DNA of 64,000 nt from Phoronis australis (taxonomy: Eukaryota > Animalia > Phoronida): assembly GCA_002633005.1 (NCBI GenBank), contig NMRA01000204.1, positions 399,645 to 463,644 of the forward strand. Reading direction: 5' to 3'. This document shows, piece after piece, positions 40,301-54,949 of the stretch. Numbering within the stretch: position 1 is the first letter of the stretch; every line of letters starts with the position of its first letter. The notes below the pieces were generated by a model, which saw only the letters and a program-made list of their open reading frames with translations, had not been told where the DNA came from and searched no databases. The position numbers and the translations under genes were made by a program.

Positions 40301-43300
40301 TTCAAAAATATACATGATCACCATTTGACGAGGAATTCAGAAATGTCATTGGTTTAGTGATGTTCAAATATGCTATAACCTAACTTTTATTTATAAGAGC
40401 ACAGTCCAGTCAGGCTAGTTACCCTAAGGTGAGATCTCATCGGAGATTGGAGCAGATCAAACAAAAGAGAGCTGGCCCATGCACCAACCATCAATGCCAG
40501 AATGGAGTAATCATTCGTGTAAGACTACTGGCTACAGCGGTCGTCTTCCCAACTTGTTCAGGGAAAACGCCGTAATGTGTGCTTCACCTGACAGTACGTG
40601 GTTATACCTGGAGAAAATGTAAGCATTTTGAGCAAGCTGGACGTGATCATATGTATACATGTAACTTTCAGTTTCTCACAAGATGACTGATTTAATAGAA
40701 TTAATGAGAAATTGAGTCGGGTTACAGAACCCGCGACTGTCATGCCGTTACCAAAGACCGGCATCTGTTATGTTTTTAAACCGTTTACCAATATTTTTTT
40801 TTCAAATAAATATTTGTGTGTACGTCAAGTCGTACTACGAAGAGCCCGGATGTTCCCGTCAAAGAGTTGTGGTGATGTCGGTCATGTTAAATGTCTCGTC
40901 ATATTTTTGCTCGTTGCGATGTATACAGCAACTGTCAACATTAAGAACACCGGACTGCACCTATTAACTGCATGGCCGGTAACGCAGAAGAAGAAATGAG
41001 GCATGGGTTCTCAAACTTTTCAGGGGGGAGCAGATCCCTCTACAGAAGGTATTGTCCCTCTTGTAGAGGGGAGGGGTGCATTTGGCCGACCAGTATAAAA
41101 CTGCTTCCGACGCCACTGTTTTGCTATCGGTATTTTACCCGTAGCTATTTTGTGGGTGACTACAGGGACAATTTTTTTAGCGCCCCCTCGTCATTGGCGC
41201 AAAAATATAAATTTGTTGGTGCAACACGCGCCCGTAAAATTGGGAGCAAAAACGGATCAAAAAACGAACGTCCTCCAAATTGGCCCATAGACTTGATGCC
41301 GTGTCTGTCAACTCATCTATACCCACAACGACCCTAGTTAGAAGTACCGAGACAACAAATGGTCAGACAAACGATTCCACGACTCGAGAATGAGGACGTT
41401 GGTCCTCTCTAATACCCCGTTACTTGAGTTGGTAGGTGGATGAAGTTTGGCTCACAGTGAGTTTTATTGGTCGGGATATTCAGGTTTTCGGATGAATTCG
41501 ACATATTTTTCGCCGTCTAGTGACCATTCTGTCATTTTTTTATGTTTTTGGCAACCCCCTCTATTAACCAAACCATTCCCACTCCAAGGATGTTCGTGAA
41601 AATTGCCATAAAGGCCTATGTTCAAAGTGTGAAGAGGACGGTTGACGATGATTTTCCGACTACTGTGGAGCGTCCTAGTGGCAGTTATGCTTTTGCGCCC
41701 ATAGCCTCCTAGTGGCAACGTCATTTTTTCATTTTCCGTTTTCCTTGACGGATTTGCGTGAAATTTGGTAAACTAGCTTTGATGACATATACCAGTTTTT
41801 GTAGGGTTTCGACGTATTTTGCGCCATGTAGTTGCCATTTTTATAACACAAATGAACACCCTTAGAAGCACGTCGCATTCGTGGGCGTTTCAAAGCTCTG
41901 CGTTGCTCTTCTTTTAAAATTTATTGATGACATGGCCGCTGATCCTGGTGTTATTATGTGGCCCATTTCTGTACCGGGATCTCAGTCTTATCACAGATAT
42001 AGAGTTAATTATCTAAATTAGTTATCACGAGTCGTGAGGTTTTGTTGGGTATAATAAGTTAACTATCAGTCGTATGTATTGTAGCAACGGCGATTTTCCA
42101 TTGTAGAACTGTTGTGATATTACCAAGTCGTTTTCAGAAAAGCTTTCACAAGGTTGCCTGTCGTTAGAGGAAGGTAAGATCAAGCGAAATATAACCGGTG
42201 AGATTGTTTGCGGTTTTGCAAACGTGTGAAGTTAATTTGATTTGTTGGTATTTACACACTGAACAGCAATTTGCCTCACATTCTTTTGGTTTATATCTTA
42301 TTCTTCAAGTAGTGAAAACCTCTCCGCTGGAACTTCAGCTCTGTATAAGAGCTGAGTATTTTTCTACAGTAATTTGTAGATGCTGGATATAAGTAGTATT
42401 CACGCAGACAAAAATACAATTAATACAAATTAAAGCTTATGGAAATTTCGTGAAGAACCCAAAGGGTCTGCTGACCACGGAACCATCAGAGTGTTACTAT
42501 ATATATACTCTCAAACTCTCATAAAAATTGTCTTTCACTGATAAAGTTTCATTGTACTCGTTGCAATTTTACTACTGGTCTTGTTATTTATTAAATACAA
42601 AGTTGTTCTATCAAGTTAGGTGTATTAGTTACATAGTGTTCACATGGCGCTTTAGTTACGAAGTAATTCACCATACATGTAGAAGCTAGTCGCATTCTCT
42701 TAGGTTAATAACACAGTCGAACCATTTACAAAAATACTCTTTGAACCTTACTAAAACATCCACTAAAACGGAAGATCGCTGTTAGTAACCAAATCAAATC
42801 AAATTCTATGGAGAGTAGCTGTCTTGGAACGTCATAATCGAGCGAAAGTGATAAACCAGGTTTCATTGGTGTAGCACAGTTCGACTCTAGAGTTCCTTGT
42901 CCATCCAGTACTATAATCTACTAAAATTTTGGTCCAAATATATAAATTGAATACCAAGTTAAAAGTACACAAGAGATTCTCACCTAACTTGTTCCAAAAC
43001 ATTTTAAGTGCTGCGCCCAAAACCAACCCAACCAATGAGTTCCTCTAAGTACTACCGGTGAGAGTGGTGATGACAACCACCCCGTTATTTATGGAACGAC
43101 TCTATGACCGCCCACATGAACTCGTTCGCCGATGGCATCTTGCTTTCATTCTCATGGTCCCGGTCGAGCAGACTGCGCAGGCGGCTCCCCGCCAGCTCGT
43201 ACTCCTCTTCTGAAAGCGACGAAAGAGAGTGCTCCAGAACGTCTGCAGCCTCAGCAAGGTAGATGAGCGCAACCCTGCGCAAATCCATACGATGTGGGTC

Positions 43301-46300
43301 ATCCACCCAGTCAGAGAGCAAAGACTCCTGCATACGTTTCATAAGGTTACCTGAGATGGTAGCATTGACCAGTTGGCGCACCGAAACGTCAAACAAAATG
43401 AAACGTCGTTGCTCCGACTTCAGCACACCATCCGCCACCAATTGCGTCGCTATACGATCGCGTACGTTCCGCATATGATACGACTTCTTCTGAACGTTCC
43501 ACGAGTCACCTGAAAGCAACAGGTAAATAGCAGGTACGTCACATTGAGTATAAACAAAAGAGTACTTAAAAATAAGTATACTTGCAAGACCAAAGGATTG
43601 TGCATGCGTTATAACTCTAGCCGCTTGCGAAAGCACGGACCCCCACGCCTTGTCCCCATTTTAAATTCTGGTTTGAAAGACTGGTCGAGTTGATAGGGCC
43701 ACAACGCGACTTCTTTCATTGAACGACACTTTTAAAGCTTGGTGCTCCGATCTTTGTGCTACCCGTCTGCATATAGCCTTCAACACCGCAGTAGTAATAG
43801 ACCTTTCGTGGGATAAGAAGACCGCAAGAAGTATTGTGCAATTATGTATGGAGCTCGGAGAAGCAGAAATCAAACCAGTTTCCATGCTTTTACTGACTGC
43901 TTTGAAAATTAACTCGGAGAATCAAAACAAGGCACCAAGCAAAAATGACCAAATTAAATCGCTGTAGATAACATGATAGTACATCTCGTATCATGCAAGG
44001 ACATTCTTGACTAAGTGGGACAAAGCAATGCAAGTTTATACCTTATGGAATAAACTACTCTACATCACAGGCGCCCTCAGCTTCTGATCGTCTCCAATAC
44101 ACTATATAATACTACAAGGTATGACACTCCGGACGAGAAATTCCACGGGTGCTTCATTCAGCCGTCCATAGCAAACACTAAGCTCAATAAATTTACACAA
44201 AACAGAGGTTCAACAAAACCATGAGGAATTGTTCTTTCTCGTGACCATTTACGGTGTCCTGCTCCACCGAGTTCGCAAGAAATTCGCGATCAAAGCACTA
44301 ACACCTTCCCAAAAGCTACTCCGGAGCAATTCCTTGGTCTCACGCGCAGGGTACGGAATTATCCGCAATTGCCGATTCATCACGGAAAGTCACAGCATCG
44401 ATAACTCGGCAATTGCCGCTCATTCGTAACTCATCGGATAATTCCTGTCATCACCACATTCTCAATGCTTACTTACAGAAGAAACCCATTTTATTCCTTT
44501 TGAAAACGGCAGCAGTGGCTTCTACAATGCCTTGGTCACGCGGCCTTGGCCAAGGACCCGAGAACGTCAACCGACGCTAGAGATCTGCAGTGCAGTTATT
44601 GCATATGGCTTAACAGGTCGAGCAAATCATTTCACAGAGTGCGGCAGACAGAAAAACCAGACGTTGCGAGGGATGAGGGATGGTTGAGTACTCCCAAAAC
44701 TGTTTTAACCCACCGATNATTACAAATTCTCCTTCAAGCTCTGCACAGCGAAATGTAAACTAAGGCAGTTTTTGTTTTGCTTTTTAGGAGCTTAATTGCC
44801 CCACCCTAATTACAGACCTGAGAAAATGTCTTTACGATATGCACTTGTAACTAGTTCAAAGTCATCCTTACTTAACAGCACATTCAAAAAATGAAGTTAC
44901 TGTAATTTTTACTCGTATTTGTGTACCGATTATAATCCTGATGACATTGAGTAACATCAAAACGTTACTAATTGAATGTCTTGAAAGCCCTGCGTCTAAA
45001 AGTGGTGAATTACTGTACTCACTCTACCCGTTCTTGAAGAATTTTGCTTCATTTGGAGATGACTTTATTAAGTCGAAGTTAACTCTAATTGGTTATTCCT
45101 ACTGGCGCGAAGTATTTGGAAGTATGAATCTTTCTACAAGAAAATAATTGTTGCAAGTAAGGAGGACTTTTTGAATCAACCTTTGTGGTTTAATAGTAAC
45201 TTGGCGATCGCAGGCACAAGTGTTTTTTATAAGCCTTGGTTTGTAAAAGGCTTAAGATTTATTAGATATATGTTTACCACTGATTGTGATTTCGTTAGTT
45301 TGAACCATATGAAAAATGAGTTCGATGTAAAAACCAATTTTGTAGAATATAATGGTGTTGTTTCCCTTCTAAGAAGGATTCAAAAAAGTCTATTTCAAAG
45401 TAAATTTAAAAGTGTTAATGTCTACTCTCCTTGCATGCCTTTACAAGCAATTACTCACTTACGGAAAGATTTGAGGGGTTGTAGACATATTTGTTCAGTC
45501 TTTAATGACGTTAAGAAACCTTTTAAGTCAGAGTGTAAATGGGAAATAGCTTTAGAATATACTTTAGATTGGAAGAAAATATACACACTGCCTTATGAAA
45601 TTACAAAGGATCCCAACATTAGATGGTTCCAATTTAGAATACTACACGGGATTGTTATAACAAATACCTTTTTAGTCAAAATCCGTGTGCGGGATTCTAA
45701 TTTATGTTCCTTTTGTAATAAAGCTCCAGAGACGCTGTCATACCTTTTTTGGGAATGTCGCCTTGTACAAGATTTCTGGAAGGAATTCGGAAAGCTAATG
45801 CAAGAGGGTCGCATTCAGCTTCCCAACTGTCTCTCTTACGAACGAGTTATTCTTGGACTTTATGAGACGCATGATTTTCTTTTTAACAATTTGCTTCTAA
45901 TAGCCAAACAGTACACCTACAAGAAGAGATGTCACAAAAATATCCCTAATTTTCACAGGTTTATTACATATACTTATGAGTACTATAATGCTGAAAAATT
46001 AATTGCATATAAAAATTTTGCTGGTAAAAAGTGAATTTTAATCGAAGCCTTAGTGAATCACTCAGAAACTCATAATTCTCTCTTTGTCAAACCTTAACTT
46101 AAGACTATTTCCAAAGCAATCCCGTCATTATTGCCAACACGAAAAACGGATTTGGTCTTTTGGGCATTTAAATACAACAAATTTGTTAAGAACCGATTGC
46201 ACAAAATATAAACGTGTAATAAGCATTACAAAAAGAAGTAAGTTTCGCGCGCAAACGCTGACGACCATAAACAAGTAGGTCTCTTAGTTTCCAAATAGGA

Positions 46301-49300
46301 GTTAAAGTGTGGTGGTGTAGTGGTTAAGCATGCGCGTTCTGTTCGCTAGGTTGTGAGTTCGAGTCTTTGTTGTCCTGCATTTTTCCTGTTTGACACGTTC
46401 TCCGTTTTTTTTTTTTGCTTTTTTTTCTTGGATAATACTTCAGGAATCAAGGAAAATGCTTGATTTTTAAGGAAAAAACAGAAAAATTTCCTGAGCAAAC
46501 CCCCCTCCCGACCTCCCCCCATTCGGTGCTATGCGCATCTACAATCGTGGTTTGCGCAAATCCCTATAGCCGGACAAATTGTTGGCCCCCCTTGCGATAT
46601 CCTAGATCCGCCGCTGTTGTATATGACAGCTTCTCCGCGAAATCTGAAAATTTTATTGTTCACGTTAACTACATGTAAAAGTTGTTTACTTTATACGAGA
46701 TACGAGAATGGTCTCTCCTGAGGTGTGCATGCGTGAATGAATGGATGTACTTCTTTGTCTGTTTGTTTTTGAACTGTTTTATAAATGATAATAAGCACCT
46801 TTAAAAAATGGATTGGAAGTCATCTCTTGAAGCAAATTACGGACGAATTATTGACCGACTCATTGCTGCTCGCTTTTGATTTTTCACAATCTGAAGTTGC
46901 ATTGGCGAGTTGCATGTAACGAAATCGAGCCGCTGTGAACTTTATGTTTATCAATACCAGGTGAAGATTTGCATGCGGACGATTAAAATGACTGATTTTT
47001 ATGCATTTGCCGAGATCACAGAATCGATTTGACCGTGTTGGAATCGATCATCGACAAGTCATCCTATAGTTAAAACTGGAAAACTGACAAAGTCGTGGCT
47101 TTCTGTCGAAGGCAGTTATAGCGGTTTTGAGCCCAATTGCAACCAAACGCTCTCCGCCGTAATACTACAAGTAGTATACAAGGTACCAAAACTACTGACA
47201 CGGTCAACGGACTCATAAACACGGGCACGGACGCATGAACACGACTCACGGACATGCAAACACCGTCCACTGACTCACAAACACGGGAACAGACTCACAA
47301 AACACGATCCACGCACCCAAATACACGGGACAGGGACTCATATTCAAGAGGAAACACGGTTAACGGACCGCCAAACACGGGTCACGCCATTTTGTCCGTT
47401 AACCGTGTTTCCTCTTGAATATGAGTCCGTGTCCCGTGTATTTGGGTGCGTGGATCGTGTTTTGTGAGTCTGTTCCCGTATTTGTGAGTCAGTGGACGGT
47501 GTTTGCAGGTCCGTGAGTAGTGTTTATGTGTCCGTGGACCGTGTTCATGAGTCCATTAACCCTGTAGTTTAGGTACCTTGATATAGGAAGAGGTTTAGGA
47601 CGCCCGTTTGGGAGGGTCTCGGGTCAAAGGTCATCCATGCGAAAGGAAAAGGTGAAAGGTCACGTGGGATAACTGCAATCGGAAGGGACACCATCCGCCT
47701 ACCGGACGGATGTGTCAATGACGTCACACCTCATGACGTAATAGGTTTAATGAGTCCCGTTAGAGAGGCACCTCGATGCTCATTTTTGCGTCTCCTCGCA
47801 ACGGATCGCCCTCCGAAACAAAAGAGGGATGACGCTGCTGAATAAGAACAAAACTTATTTCGTGTCCCCAATTGAGTGTCGTCGTTGTATATTGTTTGTC
47901 CTGTCTCATTGATCAAAAACAAAGGCGTATACAAAAGGGGATAACCACCCAACTCAACAACAGATGTGGGCGCGTAAAGTCTAACCCAGGACCCGACGGT
48001 ACTAAGCGAATCATACTAATAATACTAATAATAAGAGGCGACCAGCTAACACAGAACATAAAACTGATAGCGTTTAAACGTGTATTAATCAAAAACCAAC
48101 ACTGCAAAAATCATCATTCGAATACACTACAAAAATCATCAAGACGTTCAGAAAAGTAGTCTATAGCAAATTATCAAATGTCCGAATTAAATGTTCAAAG
48201 GTCCAGTGGTGACGCCGTCGTCGAACACTCGTCTTTTGGGATAAAAGTAGGTGAACGCGCACCTCTCTTGCAGGTACATGTAGGTATACATAGTGTTGAA
48301 AATAGTCTGACCAACTAAGAGAGAAAAGAAACTTACTTTTCGTGTTTAACCGAGAATTACTAACGGCATACACACGGGTGGGAAATAACATGACCGCCGG
48401 TCCTCTTAAATCGAACCGCCTCACCCAAAACAGGACCTCCGGGGATCAAATGGGACCGTCGCAACAGAAAATGGGACTGACGCACCTAAAAACATGACCG
48501 TCCCACCAGAAAACAGGAACGCCGGGGACTCAACATGACCGCCGGGGATTGAAACCGCATATTGTCCGGCGGGATCATGTTCAGTTCCCGGCGGTCCTGT
48601 TTTGTGGTGTGGCGGTCATGTTTTTAGGTGCGTCAGTCCCATTTTCAGGTGCGACGGTCCCATTTGATCCCCGGAGGTCCTGTTTTGGGTGAGTCAGTCC
48701 GATTTAGAGGACCGGCTGTCATGTTGTTTCTCACCCGTGATACAAAAGTGAATAAAGACGGATGAATTCGAAGTATGACGTCAAGTTTTCATTCACAAAT
48801 ACACACAAAGCACCGTCTGAGCTTTGAAAAATCTTACATAATCATCGCGTAAAGTCTGGGCTGACACAAACCAGGGTTCAAAATGTACTTAATGAACCCT
48901 AGGGTTTGTATCAGCCCAGAATTTACGCGATGATTATGTAAGATTTTTCAAAGCTCAGACACAAACCAGGGTTCAAAATGTACTTATTGAACCCTAGGGT
49001 TTGTGTCAGCCCAGAATTTACGCGATGATTATGTAAGATTTTTCAAAGCTCAGACGGTGCTTTGTCTATATTTGTGAACGAAAACTTGACGTTACACTTT
49101 GCATTCATCCGTCTTTATTCACTTTTGTATGCCGTTAGTAATTCTCGGTTAAACACGAAAAGTAAGTTTCTTTTCTCTCTTAGTTGGTCAGACTATTTCC
49201 AACACTATGTATACCTACATGTACCTGCAAGAGAGGTGCGCGTTCACCTACTTTTATCCCAAAAGACGAGTGTTCGACGACGGCGTCACCACTGGACCTT

Positions 49301-52300
49301 TGAACATTTAATTCAGACATTTGATAATTTGCTATAGACTACTTTTCTGAACGTCTTGATGATTTTTGTAGTGTATTCGAATGATGATTTTTGCAGTGTT
49401 GGTTTGTCATTAATACACGTTTAAACGCTATCGGTTTTATGTTCTGTGTTAGCAGGTCGCTTCTTATTATTAGTATTATTAGTATGATTCGCTTAGTACC
49501 GTCGGGTCCTGGGTTAGACTTTACGCGAGATCTGTTGTTGAGTTGGGTGGTTATCCCCTTTTGTATACGCCTTTGTTTTTGATCAATGAGACAGAACAAA
49601 CAATATACAACGACGACACTCACTTAATTGGGGACACGAAATAAGTTTTGTTCTTATTCAGCAGCGTCATCCCTCTTTTGTTTCGGGGTCGATCCGTTGC
49701 GAGGAGCCGAAAAATGAGCATCGAGGTGCCTCTCTAACGGGACTCATTAAACCTATTACGTCATGAGGTGTGACGTCATTGACACATCCGTCCGGTAGGC
49801 GGATAGTGTCCCTTCCGATTGCAGTTATCCCACGTGACCTTTGACCTTCTCCTTTCGCATGGATGACCTTTGACCCGAGACCCTCCCAAACGGGCGTCCT
49901 AAACCTCTTACTATACTACTTACACACTGAACAGCAATCAGAACAACAGTTACCATTGAGATATTCCACCCAAACTTTCACGGTTTCTGCAGGGTCAGTC
50001 TCCTTAATGAACTTCAACGCCTCGTCCAGAAGATCATTGCCCGTGGGCGTGTCATTTAAGCAGACAACACGTCGATTATCCAGGCTCCCCCTTTGCGCAC
50101 ATTTCTTTTCCAGACCAATTCTGCCGCGCAGAGCTAGCTCGACCAAGATACAGCCACGAAGGGCGGATGAAATCCGGTCATTCCAGAAAGAGGCGTGGCT
50201 CTGAAAAACACATGTGATGTCTCTTTAAGAGGCATGGAATGCAAAAACTCTTGAAAATATAACTTTTGAGCAGATCGTGGCGAATCTACTTCTTGCGGAT
50301 GCTAACATGAGAGTTATTAAAAAATTTCAAGAAAAATCGTCAGAACAGATTCACTGTTTTTGAAGCACAGACGAAATATTACTTTACTGTTTTCTACTCA
50401 GAGTTTTCCCCCCTGTACCACTCAAAATCGTCAATAGAGGCCCACAGGGAGGAAGAATTTTTGGAGGACACAAACTAATTTCACTTCGCCAACCTAGCCC
50501 CTTGCTATTGCCATTCCGTCCCCCCGTTCTCTGGATGTCACATTATTTGTACCGACCCCCCACATCCGCCCTGGGTAAGAGTAAAACCGGGGATGCAGCC
50601 CTCACGATTTGAGTAACCTTGAACCAACAAAGTTTCATGGAGAGTAAGAATGGGTCTAGGACCAACGCACTGACGGGTAGGTGGGAGCTGCCTGAAGTAA
50701 TTATAGCTGGGTTCCAACAGCGGACTCGTACCTATTTCTCTGCTCTGGGTTGAAGGTTAGGGTTTGTTTTATTATGATACAGTTTCGGGAAAAATTTCAA
50801 TTTATTATGGCCATTCTTTGAAGTAATTCTTTGGATAGGTCTCGAGGTGCCTGCCTGGTAGGAGTGCCTTTGTGGACGTTTCAGAATCCCTAGATGAAAC
50901 ACTACCGGTGATCCAAATTCTGGTTGCTGGGGGAAATGATACAGAGTGTTTTCCCAAAAATGTACATACTTCAACGTCTGGAGTTCAAATTCAGTTCCCG
51001 TGGGTAACAGGCCTACTGCATGGTCACACCTTCTTTTTAACGTGGGTGTGCCAGTCGTGACGTGCTGCTCCGTGCATGCGCGCACCCATAGAGGGAGGGC
51101 TCGGGGGGCCCGAACGAGCCCTCCCCCATTTGGTAAACTGGGCGAAAAGGTCGGCCTAGAAGAAACAAAAAAAAAATCCGAGGAAAACGAGACAAAAGTC
51201 CACTCAGGCAGGAATTCGGCATATGCAAAATTCATAGCCCTGAACACGTCCCGTATTCCGTTTTTTTTTCTTTAGTAAAAGGTCTACATCCTCAAAAATT
51301 TGAGCCCCCCCTATATTTTAGGGTGGGTGCGCGCATGCCCCGTGTGTAGTATGCACGGAAAATGCAAGTAAACGATTCACGTTTGAAGAACAAAAATTCA
51401 TTGCGCATTACTACTGGAAACTAAAAACATCAAGGAAGTGCAAAGAGAACCTTTCCAATTTGATGACCAATGACTTAGACTTTATTTGTTTAATTTAAAC
51501 TTCTTTTTCGATCAGCGGTTTGTAAACTAAAACCCAGTAACATAGTTCCTAAGCCAAGAAAAAATTTACTGTCATTCGAAGTGTGAGAACATTTTGGGAC
51601 ACTTTGTAGAGCTGTCCGAAATTCATCAATTTCCTTGAGAATTATTTCAGATAGATGAAAGTCGTTTAGACTAAACGACTTTCGTCTATTCTTACAAGAT
51701 TAGCTTCTAATTGTAAAAAAATCGACTATTAATCAGTCCACTTTCATAGATACATAAACATGTAAATCAGAAACAACCAACAATCAAAACCATGAGCAAT
51801 GCGCTTACCTTGATTTAAGGACTTAATTCCTTTTTGATCCCCTGTTAGTGACTTTAAACAACAAATCTTGTACCGAAGTCAAAAAGGCAATGCATTCATT
51901 GTCATTTGAATTGTGAGTAAATTTTTGTGAAGTGTCCAAATTTCATCAATGCCTTTGAGAATTATTTTAGATAGGCAAAAAGCGTCCAAGTGCACTTTAC
52001 TATTTGGGGATCGGGTTATACTAGAGTTTTTTCTATATTCAGGCTTCAGCTTAATTCCATGAATCGTAATCATTTCTTAAAAGCATAGCTTGTAATTGCC
52101 AGAAATCATCTGTTAACCTGTCAGTTTTCGTAGATACATAAACATGTAAATCAGAAACCAACGCATTTGTTAATCAAAACGGATTCTTATAAGCATTTTC
52201 CGCAGGCATGCTCGAAGATTTTTGACGGGTAACAGGGGGAAAATGGGAGATTGGGCATTCATAGTAAGGTGTATTTTTGCTCATTTTCAGGTACCTAGAA

Positions 52301-54912
52301 ATGTTCACTAGTTGAACTTGGCCTCAGAAAATGCTGAAATATTTGTTTATCATTTCGAGTATTTGATATGTACTCGGTCACCCCAATGGTAGCCTCGACA
52401 GCAGTCTTTTCCACATGTGGGAATTCCTTACAAACAACTCGTAGTAACCATTTTCAAAAAGGGATACTATGCTTGTTATACTATGGAAAACAGTAACATT
52501 ATGCTGTAACTAACCATCAGAAATAGTCCTTTTTTGTAATTAACAAATAGCAGTCTTCATTTTCTTCAAAATTGCACCCTTTCGATGGCGGTCAACCCTC
52601 TTGTATTTTTTTACAGTTGGTTCTTTCGGTCGAATGTCTTGATACTGCTGTGCTGTGCACGAATGTTTTGTGTTTTTCGATGAAAAATTGAATTTGAAAT
52701 CTCAACTTTCCTCGTGAAAACTAAGTAGTGTCGGATTTACAGGTATAGGGGGACAAAGGGAAATTTCTCCGAACTGCTCCACCGATAAAGGGTCCCCTTA
52801 ATTATGAAAGGTAAACATCATTAAGCTTGGAAAAAAGTGACAGTTCATTCCACCGTCGTGTGGTCACAACACTTTGCAGGAAGTGAACTTCCTCAACATG
52901 AAAGTCGGTTGCACGATTTCACAAAAAACAGGAAACTAGAAGTAATCGAGCCCAACTTTGGGTCCTCTCTCCGTGAGTGGACCCTTAACAATTTGTCAAT
53001 AAAAACATAAAAAGGTGGCCACTTGAATGTCATCAATGGCCTTCATTAAGGGTGGGGCCCCTCAATAAGAAAATATCTATATTTTGAAAAATCAAGAAAT
53101 GTGCAGCAATTGATGGTATCTGTCAGATCATCAATTTTTCTCTAGTGATATACAATTCGAGAAAAGAAGCGACAGTTGTCCCCGTTATCCCTTACCAGAG
53201 AGGGGCGTCTGAAAAAATGTGGTTTTGCAGTCGCAAAATTGACTTATTGAATTTAAAAATCCAGTAAGTTAATACTCCCCGCAAAAGCTTCGTTCTACAA
53301 TTTTTTTCGATTTTTCGAAATATATGCATGAATCATTACGTGCACGTTTTCAAGCGGAGACCGCAAAAGGTAAACCATGCACTGGGCAGACAGTTTAATG
53401 TTCTCTTGAATTTTCTCTCCTATCTGTATTTAGCAGTCTTTCTCTTCTCGACTGTCCCCGCCCCACACGTATGTCGGTTGGCATGGTTTAACCCTGACGC
53501 CTGAATTTTTTTTTTGTGGGGGGCGTAGTAGTAGTAGTAGGAATCCTGTCGAGAGGTGTCGCATTTTTATAACGGCTCGCTGGTTACCTGCGTTCCGCTA
53601 GGTGGTAGCCAGCACGTTGAGCCCAACTTGTACGATTCTACAGCGCAACAACAAGTTGGGACTGAGGAAGACCCTTGTAGCCAATTATGACATTTATGGT
53701 AGCTCGTTGGTTCCCTAGCGTGCCTAGCCAGCACGCAGGTATCATGCAGTGGCACGCGCTTTAGCATTGGTTGATGTAACCTCAGCAGTCATTGGTTAGC
53801 TTTACAACACCGTGAAAAAATGGCGGACTGTGAACGATTTTTAGCCCTGTCTTGCAAGTGGCGTCGCAGCAAATATTTCATTTCTGCAGTGATGGATGTT
53901 TAATAACCGCGTGCTTGAAGCACGTAGCAGATGTACAATAAAAACATATCTGGCCGATTTAACCGGTGTGTTATTCACTGTATGAATACAGGACAGTATC
54001 GTAAACAAAGTCATCGACAGTAGAAAGATGCACTCCGATTATAAGGCGCAACCACAATTTCTAGGATTCACATATCCTGAACATAAATTTTAAGCACCGA
54101 TTTGTCTGACCAACAGACCACAGTTACACTTCAGTCCATCAGTCATGCCAGTTTGTTAGCGTAAAGCGCTGCCTGTTGAGAATTCGACTAGCCAATCAGA
54201 AATGCCGGTGTAAAAAATTACCCGAGGAAAATTAAGTGATACCTGCGTGCTGGCTACCGACCATCTAGCGGCACGCAGGAAACCATTGAGTTAATATAGG
54301 AGAGTCAGCTCTCTTTTGTTCTAATCTCCGATCAGATCGTAGATCTATCTAGCCTCAGTGACTGGGCTGTGCTATTGAAAAAAAAACTTGAGTTGTAACA
54401 TATTTGCACACACACCAATAGCTTTTCTGAATTCCTCGTCAAATGCTAATCATTTTTGGTTTTTGAATCCGCAAAATCGCCCAACTACAACGGAAGTTAA
54501 GGCAATCTATTCTGTATTACCAGGTATTAACAATTACGCACTCGGTTTGGCTGTGTGCATATACGCGGTCGGGTATCAGTAGGGTGCAACCACCAAAAGT
54601 TTCATAACACATCCACGGCACAGATACATAATTCTTGTATTTGATCCAATGAGTTGATTGTAGCATTATATGCTATTTTAATAAAGATAGTGCTCCTCAT
54701 TTGTTAGTTTTATTTTGTTACGGACACTGAATCGACTTGATTCCTGAGGACGATGCTTCATGTTGTGTTTTACTTTTTTGGTAAAAAACTCTTGACGCAT
54801 GCAACGCGTCAATCACAGGGCTGGTAAAGGTCTTGCTTGTTGTAGTGTCACTATGTTTTATTGCCATGTGGTCATACTAAGTTGATTTCTTCGTTCCTGC
54901 ACGAGGCTCCAC

Positions 54913-54949
<37 letters not shown>

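Larger units (their letters stand above)
47169..49921. mobile_element. Large foldback element (arms about 0.9 kb, tiny loop) in GOLPH3 intron 2
   Basis: 47588-48372 plus 48740-48880 is the reverse complement of about 48990-49909; centre AGGGTTCAAAATGTACTTAATGAACCCT; a ~95-bp direct duplication at the centre. Confidence 0.9.

Noticed and set aside
47872-49623. Duplicated ORF pairs (47872/49339, 48161/49062, 47913/49391) as a gene pair
   Set aside because: Mirror images produced by the foldback arms; no recognisable protein features
50732-51275. 171-aa and 109-aa ORFs
   Set aside because: They overlap a MITE in GOLPH3 intron 1 and have no domain features
51808-51870. Minus-strand AAG|GTAAGC donor as GOLPH3 exon 1
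   Set aside because: The phase-0 frame contains a stop and shows no similarity; the true exon is at 56130-56195
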